This document shows positions 14,001 to 25,045 of a stretch of 64,000 nucleotides of DNA, piece by piece. This DNA comes from the human T2T-CHM13v2.0 reference genome, Homo sapiens. The stretch is from assembly GCF_009914755.1 (NCBI RefSeq), contig NC_060931.1; one strand, written 5' to 3'. The translations under genes and the position numbers were made by a program. The notes beneath the pieces are model-generated. The model was not told the DNA's origin and made no database searches. It saw nothing but the letters and a program-made list of their open reading frames with translations. Position 1 is the first letter of the stretch. Every line of letters starts with the position of its first letter.

Positions 14001-17000
14001 ACCGCATTGAGGCCTTCGTTGGAAACGGGATTTCTTCATTTCATGCTAGACAGAAGAATTCTCAGTAACTTCTTTGTGCTGTGTGTATTCAACTCACAGA
14101 GTGGAAAGTCCCTTTACACAGAGCAGATTTGAAACACTCTTTTTGTGGAGTTTGCAAGTGGAGATTTCAAGCGATTTGATGCCAACAGTAGAAAAGGAAA
14201 TATCTTCAAATAAAAACTAGACAGAATCATTCTCAGAAACTACTTTGTGATGTGTGCCTTTAACTCACAGAGTTTAACCTTTCTTTTCTTAGAGCAGTTT
14301 AGAAACACTCTGCTTGTTATGTCTGCAAGTGGATATTTGGACCTCTTTGAGGCCTTCGTTGCAAACGGGGTTTCTTCCTTTCATGCTAGACTAAGAAGAG
14401 TTCTCAGTAACTTTTTTGTGTTGTGTGTATTCAACTCACAGAGTTGAACCTTGCTTTAGAGAGAGCAGATTTGAAACACTCTTGCTGTGGCATTTTCAGG
14501 TGGAGATTTCAAGCGATTTGAGGACAATTGCAGAAAAGGAAATATCTTCGTATAATAACCAGACAGAATCATTCTCAGAAAGTGCTTTGTGATGTGTGCG
14601 TTCAACTCACAGAGTTTAACCTTTCTTTTCATAGAGGAGTTTGGAAACACACTGTTTGTAAAGTCTGCAATTGGATATATGGACCTGTTTGAGGCCTCCG
14701 TTGGAAACGGGATTTCTTCATTGAATGCTAGACGGAAGAATTCTCAGTAAATTCTTTGTGTTGTGTGCATTCAACTCAGAGAGTGGAACGTCCCTTTAGA
14801 CAGAGCAGATTTGAAACACTCTTTTTGCGGAATTTGCAAGTGGAGATTTCTAGCCATTTGATGCCAACAGTAGAAAGGGAAATATCTTCAAATAAAAACC
14901 AGACAGAATCATTCTCAGAAAATTCTTTGTGATGTGTGCGTTCAACTCACATAGTTTAACCTTTCTTTTCATAGAGCAGTTTGGAAACACTCTGTTTGTA
15001 ATGTCTACAAGTGGATATATGGACCGCATTGAGGCCTTCGTTGGAAACGGGATTTCTTCATTTCATGCTAGACAGAAGAATTCTCAGTAACTTCTTTGTG
15101 CTGTGTGTATTCAACTCACAGAGTGGAACGTCCCTTTGCACAGAGCAGATTTGAAACACTCTTTTTGTGGAGTTTGCAAGTGGAGATTTCAAGCGATTTG
15201 ATGCCAACAGTAGAAAAGGAAATATCTTCAAATAAAAACTAGACAGAATCATTCTCAGAAACTACTTTGTGATGTGTGCCTTCAACTCACAGAGTTTAAC
15301 CTTTCTTTTCTTAGAGCAGTTTAGAAACACTCTGCTTGTTATGTCTGCAAGTGGATATTTGGACCTCTTTGAGGCCTTCGTTGCAAACGGGGTTTCTTCC
15401 TTTAATGCTAGACTAAGAAGAGTTCTCAGTAACTTTTTTGTGTTGTGTGTATTCAACTCACAGAGTTGAACCTTGCTTTAGAGAGAGCAGATTTGAAACA
15501 CTCTTGCTGTGGAATTTTCAGGTGGAGATTTCAAGCGATTTGAGGACAATTGCAGAAAAGGAAATATCTTCATATAATAACCAGACAGAATCATTCTCAG
15601 AAAGTGCTTTGTGATGTGTGCGTTCAACTCACAGAGTTTAACCTTTCGTTTCATAGAGGAGCTTGGAAACACACTGTTTGTAAAGTCTGCAAGTGGATAT
15701 ATGGACCTGTTTGAGGCCTTCGTTGGAAACGGGATTTCTTCATTGAATGCTAGACGGAAGAATTCTCAGTAAATTCTTTGTGTTGTGTGCATTGAACTCA
15801 CAGAGTGGAACGTCCCTTTAGACAGAGCAGATTTGAAACACTCTTTTTGCGGAATTTGCAAGTGGAGATTTCTAGCCATTTGATGCCAACAGTAGAAAGG
15901 GAAATATCTTCAAATAAAAACCAGACAGAATCATTCTCAGAAAATTCTTTGTGATGTGTGCGTTCAACTCACATAGTTTAACCTTTCTTTTCATAGAGCA
16001 GTTTGGAAACACTCTGTTTGTAAAGTCTGCAAGTGGATATATGGACCGCATTGAGGCCTTCGTTGGAAACGGGATTTCTTCATTTCATGCTAGACAGAAG
16101 AATTCTCAGTAACTTCTTTGTGCTGTGTGTATTCAACTCACAGAGTGGAACGTCCCTTTGCACAGAGCAGATTTGAAACACTCTTTTTGTGGAGTTTACA
16201 AGTGGAGATTTCAAGCGATTTGATGCCAACAGTAGAAAAGGAAATATCTTCAAATAAAAACTAGACAGAATCATTCTCAGAAACTACTTTGTGATGTGTG
16301 CCTTCAACTCACAGAGTTTAACCTTTCTTTTCTTAGAGCAGTTTAGAAACACTCTGCTTGTTATGTCTGCAAGTGGATATTTGGACCTCTTTGAGGCCTT
16401 CGTTGCAAACGGGGTTTCTTCCTTTAATGCTAGACTAAGAAGAGTTCTCAGTAACTTTTTTGTGTTGTGTGTATTCAACTCACAGAGTTGAACCTTGCTT
16501 TAGAGAGAGCAGATTTGAAACACTCTTGCTGTGGCATTTTCAGGTGGAGATTTCAAGCGATTTGAGGACAATTGCAGAAAAGGAAATATCTTCGTATAAT
16601 AACCAGACAGAATCATTCTCAGAAAGTGCTTTGTGATGTGTGCGTTCAACTCACAGAGTTTAACCTTTCTTTTCATAGAGGAGTTTGGAAACACACTGTT
16701 TGTAAAGTCTGCAATTGGATATATGGACCTGTTTGAGGCCTTCGTTGGAAACGGGATTTCTTCATTGAATGCTAGACGGAAGAATTCTCAGTAAATTCTT
16801 TGTGTTGTCTGCATTCAACTCACAGAGTGGAACGTCCCTTTAGACAGAGCAGATTTGAAACACTCTTTTTGCGGAATTTGCAAGTGGAGATTTCTAGCCA
16901 TTTGATGCCAACAGTAGAAAGGGAAATATCTTCAAATAAAAACCAGACAGAATCATTCTCAGAAAATTCTTTGTGATGTGTGCGTTCAACTCACATAGTT

Positions 17001-19337
17001 TAACCTTTCTTTTCATAGAGCAGTTTGGAAACACTCTGTTTGTAAAGTCTGCAAGTGGATATATGGACCGCATTGAGGCCTTCGTTGGAAACGGGATTTC
17101 TTCATTTCATGCTAGACAGAAGAATTCTCAGTAACTTCTTTGTGCTGTGTGTATTCAACTCACAGAGTGGAACGTCCCTTTGCACAGAGCAGATTTGAAA
17201 CACTCTTTTTGTGGAGTTTGCAAGTGGAGATTTCAAGCGATTTGATGCCAACAGTAGAAAAGGAAATATCTTCAAATAAAAACTAGACAGAATCATTCTC
17301 AGAAACTACTTTGTGATGTGTGCCTTCAACTCACAGAGTTTAACCTTTCTTTTCTTAGAGCAGTTTAGAAACACTCTGCTTGTTATGTCTGCAAGTGGAT
17401 ATTTGGACCTCTTTGAGGCCTTCGTTGCAAACGGGGTTTCTTCCTTTAATGCTAGACTAAGAAGAGTTCTCAGTAACTTTTTTGTGTTGTGTGTATTCAA
17501 CTCACAGAGTTGAACCTTGCTTTAGAGAGAGCAGATTTGAAACACTCTTGCTGTGGCATTTTCAGGTGGAGATTTCAAGCGATTTGAGGACAATTGCAGA
17601 AAAGGAAATATCTTCGTATAATAACCAGACAGAATCATTCTCAGAAAGTGCTTTGTGATGTGTGCGTTCAACTCACAGAGTTTAACCTTTCTTTTCATAG
17701 AGGAGTTTGGAAACACACTGTTTGTAAAGTCTGCAATTGGATATATGGACCTGTTTGAGGCCTTCGTTGGAAACGGGATTTCTTCATTGAATGCTAGACG
17801 GAAGAATTCTCAGTAAATTCTTTGTGTTGTGTGCATTCAACTCACAGAGTGGAACGTCCCTTTAGACAGAGCAGATTTGAAACACTCTTTTTGCGGAATT
17901 TGCAAGTGGAGATTTCTAGCCTTTTGTTGCCAACAGTAGAAAGGGAAATATCTTCAAATAAAAACCAGACAGAATCATTCTCAGAAAATTCTTTGTGATG
18001 TGTGCTTTCAACTCACATAGTTTAACCTTTCTTTTCATAGAGCAGTTTGGAAACACTCTGTTTGTAAAGTCTGCAAGTGGATATATGGACCGCATTGAGG
18101 CCTTCGTTGGAAACGGGATTTCTTCATTTCATGCTAGACAGAAGAATTCTCAGTAACTTCTTTGTGCTGTGTGTATTCAACTCACAGAGTGGAACGTCCC
18201 TTTGCACAGAGCAGATTTGAAACACTCTTTTTGTGGAGTTTGCAAGTGGAGATTTCAAGCGATTTGATGCCAACAGTAGAAAAGGAAATATCTTCAAATA
18301 AAAACTAGACAGAATCATTCTCAGAAACTACTTTGTGATGTGTGCCTTTAACTCACAGAGTTTAACCTTTCTTTTCTTAGAGCAGTTTAGAAACACTCTG
18401 CTTGTTATGTCTGCAAGTGGATATTTGGACCTCTTTGAGGCCTTCGTTGCAAACGGGGTTTCTTCCTTTCATGCTAGACTAAGAAGAGTTCTCAGTAACT
18501 TTTTTGTGTTGTGTGTATTCAACTCACAGAGTTGAACCTTGCTTTAGAGAGAGCAGATTTGAAACACTCTTGCTGTGGCATTTTCAGGTGGAGATTTCAA
18601 GCGATTTGAGGACAATTGCAGAAAAGGAAATATCTTCGTATAATAACCAGACAGAATCATTCTCAGAAAGTGCTTTGTGATGTGTGCGTTCAACTCACAG
18701 AGTTTAACCTTTCTTTTCATAGAGGAGTTTGGAAACACACTGTTTGTAAAGTCTGCAATTGGATATATGGACCTGTTTGAGGCCTCCGTTGAAAACGGGA
18801 TTTCTTCATTGAATGCTAGACGGAAGAATTCTCAGTAAATTCTTTGTGTTGTGTGCATTCAACTCACAGAGTGGAACGTCCCTTTAGACAGAGCAGATTT
18901 GAAACACTCTTTTTGCGGAATTTGCAAGTGGAGATTTCTAGCCATTTGATGCCAACAGTAGAAAGGGAAATATCTTCAAATAAAAACCAGACAGAATCAT
19001 TCTCAGAAAATTCTTTGTGATGTGTGCGTTCAACTCACATAGTTTAACCTTTCTTTTCATAGAGCAGTTTGGAAACACTCTGTTTGTAAAGTCTGCAAGT
19101 GGATATATGGACCGCATTGAGGCCTTCGTTGGAAACGGGATTTCTTCATTTCATGCTAGACAGAAGAATTCTCAGTAACTTCTTTGTGCTGTGTGTATTC
19201 AACTCACAGAGTGGAACGTCCCTTTGCACAGAGCAGATTTGAAACACTCTTTTTGTGGAGTTTGCAAGTGGAGATTTCAAGCGATTTGATGCCAACAGTA
19301 GAAAAGGAAATATCTTCAAATAAAAACTAGACAGAAT

Positions 19338-20015
19338 CATTCTCAGAAACTACTTTGTGATGTGTGCCTTCAACTCACAGAGTTTAACCTTTCTTTTCTT
19401 AGAGCAGTTTAGAAACACTCTGCTTGTTATGTCTGCAAGTGGATATTTGGACCTCTTTGAGGCCTTCGTTGCAAACGGGGTTTCTTCCTTTAATGCTAGA
19501 CTAAGAAGAGTTCTCAGCAACTTTTTTGTGTTGTGTGTATTCAACTCAAAGAGTTGAACCTTGCTTTAGAGAGAGCAGATTTGAAACACTCTTGCTGTGG
19601 AATTTTCAGGTGGAGATTTCAAGCGATTTGAGGACAATTGCAGAAAAAGAAATATCTTCGTATAATAACCAGACAGAATCATTCTCAGAAAGTGCTTTGT
19701 GATGTGTGCGTTCAACTCACAGAGTTTAACCTTTCTTTTCATAGAGGAGCTTGGAAACACACTGTAAAGTCTGCAATTGGATATATGGACCTGTTTGAGG
19801 CCTCCGTTGGAAACGGGATTTCTTCATTGAATGCTAGACGGAAGAATTCTCAGTAAATTCTTTGTGTTGTGTGCATTGAACTCACAGAGTGGAACGTCCC
19901 TTTACACAGAGCAGATTTGAAACACTCTTTTTGCGGAATTTGCAAGTGGAGATTTCTAGCCATTTGATGCCAACAGTAGAAAGGGAAATATCTTCAAATA
20001 AAAACCAGACAGAAT
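19338..20015 (+). repeat. Second 4-mer HOR variant (678 bp = 682 minus a 4 bp deletion)
   Basis: ORF step 19566 to 20244 = 678. Same hybrid junction at 20031-20045; ACACACTGTAAAG lacks TTTG at ~19764. Confidence 0.95.
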
Positions 20016-20749
20016 CATTCTCAGAAAATTCTTTGTGATGTGTGCCTTCAACTCACAGAGTTTAACCTTTCTTTTCTTAGAGCAGTTTAGAAACACTCTG
20101 CTTGTTATGTCTGCAAGTGGATATTTGGACCTCTTTGAGGCCTTCGTTGCAAACGGGGTTTTTTCCTTTAATGCTAGACTAAGAAGAGTTCTCAGTAACT
20201 TTTTTGTGTTGTGTGTATTCAACTCACAGAGTTGAACCTTGCTTTAGAGAGAGCAGATTTGAAACACTCTTGCTGTGGCATTTTCAGGTGGAGATTTCAA
20301 GCGATTTGAGGACAATTGCAGAAAAGGAAATATCTTCGTATAATAACCAGACAGAATCATTCTCAGAAAGTGCTTTGTGATGTGTGCGTTCAACTCACAG
20401 AGTTTAACCTTTCTTTTCATAGAGGAGTTTGGAAACACACTGTTTGTAAAGTCTGCAATTGGATATATGGACCTGTTTGAGGCCTTCGTTGGAAACGGGA
20501 TTTCTTCATTGAATGCTAGACGGAAGAATTCTCAGTAAATTCTTTGTGTTGTGTGCATTCAACTCACAGAGTGGAACGTCCCTTTAGACAGAGCAGATTT
20601 GAAACACTCTTTTTGCGGAATTTGCAAGTGGAGATTTCTAGCCATTTGATGCCAACAGTAGAAAGGGAAATATCTTCAAATAAAAACCAGACAGAATCAT
20701 TCTCAGAAAATTCTTTGTGATGTGTGCGTTCAACTCACATAGTTTAACC

Positions 20750-22750
20750 TTTCTTTTCATAGAGCAGTTTGGAAACACTCTGTTTGTAAAGTCTGCAAGT
20801 GGATCTATGGACCGCATTGAGGCCTTCGTTGGAAACGGGATTTCTTCATTTCATGCTAGACAGAAGAATTCTCAGTAACTTCTTTGTGCTGTGTGTATTC
20901 AACTCACAGAGTGGAACGTCCCTTTACACAGAGCAGATTTGAAACACTCGTTTTGTGGAGTTTGCAAGTGGAGATTTCAAGCGATTTGATGCCAACAGTA
21001 GAAAAGGAAGTATCTTCAAATAAAAACTAGACAGAATCATTCTCAGAAACTACTTTGTGATGTGTGCCTTCAACTCACAGAGTTTAACCTTTCTTTTCTT
21101 AGAGCAGCTTAGAAACACTCTGCTTGTTATGTCTGCAAGTTGATATTTGGACCTCTTTGAGGCCTTCGTTGCAAACGGGGTTTCTTCCTTTAATGCTAGA
21201 CTAAGAAGAGTTCTCAGTAACTTTTTTGTGTTGTGTGTATTCAACTCACAGAGTTGAACCTTGCTTTAGAGAGAGCAGATTTGAAACACTCTTGCTGTGG
21301 CATTTTCAGGTGGAGATTTCAAGCGATTTGAGGACAATTGCAGAAAAGGAAATATCTTCGTATAATAACCAGACAGAATCATTCTCAGAAAGTGCTTTGT
21401 GATGTGTGCGTTCAACTCACAGAGTTTAACCTTTCTTTTCATAGAGGAGTTTGGAAACACACTGTTTGTAAAGTCTGCAATTGGATATATGGACCTGTTT
21501 GAGGTCTTCGTTGGAAACGGGATTTCTTCATTGAATGCTAGACGGAAGAATTCTCAGTAAATTCTTTGTGTTGTGTGCATTCAACTCACAGAGTGGAACG
21601 TCCCTTTAGACAGAGCAGATTTGAAACATTTTTTGGCGGAATTTGCAAGTGGAGATTTCTAGCCATTTGATGCCAACAGTAGAAAGGGAAATATCTTCAA
21701 ATAAAAACCAGACAGAATCATTCTCAGAAAATTCTTTGTGATGTGTGCGTTCAACTCACATAGTTTAACCTTTCTTTTCATAGAGCAGTTTGGAAACACT
21801 CTGTTTGTAAAGTCTGCAAGTGGATCTATGGACCGCATTGAGGCCTTCGTTGGAAACGGGATTTCTTCATTTCATGCTAGACAGAAGAATTCTCAGTAAC
21901 TTCTTTGTGCTGTGTGTATTCAACTCACAGAGTGGAACGTCCCTTTACACAGAGCAGATTTGAAACACTCGTTTTGTGGAGTTTGCAAGTGGAGATTTCA
22001 AGCGATTTGATGCCAACAGTAGAAAAGGAAGTATCTTCAAATAAAAACTAGACAGAATCATTCTCAGAAACTACTTTGTGATGTGTGCCTTCAACTCACA
22101 GAGTTTAACCTTTCTTTTCTTAGAGCAGCTTAGAAACACTCTGCTTGTTATGTCTGCAAGTTGATATTTGGACCTCTTTGAGGCCTTCGTTGCAAACGGG
22201 GTTTCTTCCTTTAATGCTAGACTAAGAAGAGTTCTCAGTAACTTTTTTGTGTTGTGTGTATTCAACTCACAGAGTTGAACCTTGCTTTAGAGAGAGCAGA
22301 TTTGAAACACTCTTGCTGTGGCATTTTCAGGTGGAGATTTCAAGCGATTTGAGGACAATTGCAGAAAAGGAAATATCTTCGTATAATAACCAGACAGAAT
22401 CATTCTCAGAAAGTGCTTTGTGATGTGTGCGTTCAACTCACAGAGTTTAACCTTTCTTTTCATAGAGGAGTTTGGAAACACACTGTTTGTAAAGTCTGCA
22501 ATTGGATATATGGACCTGTTTGAGGCCTTCGTTGGAAACGGGATTTCTTCATTGAATGCTAGACGGAAGAATTCTCAGTAAATTCTTTGTGTTGTGTGCA
22601 TTCAACTCACAGAGTGGAACGTCCCTTTAGACAGAGCAGATTTGAAACACTTTTTGGCGGAATTTGCAAGTGGAGATTTCTAGCCATTTGATGCCAACAG
22701 TAGAAAGGGAAATATCTTCAAATAAAAACCAGACAGAATCATTCTCAGAA
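20750..22750 (+). repeat. Tandem duplication of a single 1021 bp HOR variant
   Basis: GGATCTATGG, ACTCGTTTTG, AAGGAAGTAT, GCAGCTTAG, GCAAGTTGAT and a 1 bp deletion (TTTTTGGCGG) all repeat 1021 bp apart. Confidence 0.85.
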
Positions 22751-24101
22751 AATTCTTTGTGATGTGTGCGTTCAACTCACATAGTTTAACCTTTCTTTTC
22801 ATAGAGCAGTTTGGAAACACTCTGTTTGTAAAGTCTGCAAGTGGATATATGGACCGCATTGAGACCTTCGTTGGAAACGGGATTTCTTCATTTCATGCTA
22901 GACAGAAGAATTCTCAGTAACTTCTTTGTGCTGTGTGTATTCAACTCACAGAGTGGAACGTCCCTTTGCACAGAGCAGATTTGAAACACTCTTTTTGTGG
23001 AGTTTGCAAGTGGAGATTTCAAGCGATTTGATGCCAACAGTAGAAAAGGAAATATCTTCAAATAAAAACTAGACAGAATCATTCTCAGAAACTACTTTGT
23101 GATGTGTGCCTTTAACTCACAGAGTTTAACCTTTCTTTTCTTAGAGCAGTTTAGAAACACTCTGCTTGTTATGTCTGCAAGTGGATATTTGGACCTCTTT
23201 GAGGCCTTCGTTGCAAACGGGGTTTCTTCCTTTAATGCTAGACTAAGAAGAGTTCTCAGTAACTTTTTTGTGTTGTGTGTATTCAACTCACAGAGTTGAA
23301 CCTTGCTTTAGAGAGAGCAGATTTGAAACACTCTTGCTGTGGCATTTTCAGGTGGAGATTTCAAGCGATTTGAGGACAATTGCAGAAAAGGAAATATCTT
23401 CGTATAATAACCAGACAGAATCATTCTCAGAAAGTGCTTTGTGATGTGTGCGTTCAACTCACAGAGTTTAACCTTTCTTTTCATAGAGGAGCTTTGAAAC
23501 ACACTGTTTGTAAAGTCTGCAATTGGATATATGGACCTGTTTGAGGCCTCCGTTGGAAACGGGATTTCTTCATTGAATGCTAGACGGAAGAATTCTCAGT
23601 AAATTCTTTGTGTTGTGTGCATTCAACTCACAGAGTGGAACGTCCCTTTAGACAGAGCAGATTTGAAACACTCTTTTTGCGGAATTTGCAAGTGGAGATT
23701 TCTAGCCATTTGATGCCAACAGTAGAAAGGGAAATATCTTCAAATAAAAACCAGACAGAATCATTCTCAGAAAATTCTTTGTGATGTGTGCGTTCAACTC
23801 ACATAGTTTAACCTTTCTTTTCATAGAGCAGTTTGGAAACACTCTGTTTGTAAAGTCTGCAAGTGGATCTATGGACCGCATTGAGGCCTTCGTTGGAAAC
23901 GGGATTTCTTCATTTCATGCTAGACAGAAGAATTCTCAGTAACTTCTTTGTGCTGTGTGTATTCAACTCACAGAGTGGAACATCCCTTTGCACAGAGCAG
24001 ATTTGAAACACTCTTTTTGTGGAGTTTGCAAGTGGAGATTTCAAGCGATTTGATGCCAACAGTAGAAAAGGAAATATCTTCAAATAAAAACTAGACAGAA
24101 T

Positions 24102-25045
24102 CATTCTCAGAAACTACTTTGTGATGTGTGCCTTCAACTCACAGAGTTTAACCTTTCTTTTCTTAGAGCAGTTTAGAATCACTCTGCTTGTTATGTCTGC
24201 AAGTGGATATTTGGACCTCTTTGAGGCCTTCGTTGCAAACGGGGTTTCTTCCTTTAATGCTAGACTAAGAAGAGTTCTCAGTAACTTTTTTGTGTTGTGT
24301 GTATTCAACTCACAGAGTTGAACCTTGCTTTAGAGAGAGCAGATTTGAAACACTCTCGCTGTGGAATTTTCAGGTGGAGATTTCAAGCGATTTGAGGACA
24401 ATTGCAGAAAAGGAAATATCTTCGTATAATAACCAGACAGAATCATTCTCAGAAAGTGCTTTGTGATGTGTGCGTTCAACTCACAGAGTTTAACCTTTCT
24501 TTTCATAGAGGAGTTTGGAAATGCTAGACGGAAGAATTCTCAGTAAATTCTTTGTGTTGTGTGCATTCAACTCACAGAGTGGAACGTCCCTTTAGACAGA
24601 GCAGATTTGAAACACTCTTTTTGCGGAATTTGCAAGTGGAGATTTCTAGCCATTTGATGCCAACAGTAGAAAGGGAAATATCTTCAAATAAAAACCAGAC
24701 AGAATCATTCTCAGAAAATTCTTTGTGATGTGTGCGTTCAACTCACATAGTTTAACCTTTCTTTTCATAGAGCAGTTTGGAAACACTCTGTTTGTAAAGT
24801 CTGCAAGTGGATATATGGACCGCATTGAGGCCTTCGTTGGAAACGGGATTTCTTCCTTTCATGCTAGACAGAAGAATTCTCAGTAACTTCTTTGTGCTGT
24901 GTGTATTCAACTCACAGAGTGGAACGTCCCTTTACGCAGAGCAGATTTGAAACACTCTTTTTGTGGAGTTTGCAAGTGGAGATTTCAAGCGATTTGATGC
25001 CAACAGTAGAAAATGAAATATCTTCAAATTAAAACTAGACAGAAT
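24102..25045 (+). repeat. HOR unit with a 78 bp internal deletion (944 bp)
   Basis: GAGTTTGGAA|ATGCTAGACGG at 24520/24521. The normal intervening 78 bp, including CENP-B box 3, is absent. ORF step 24114 to 25058 = 944. Confidence 0.95.
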
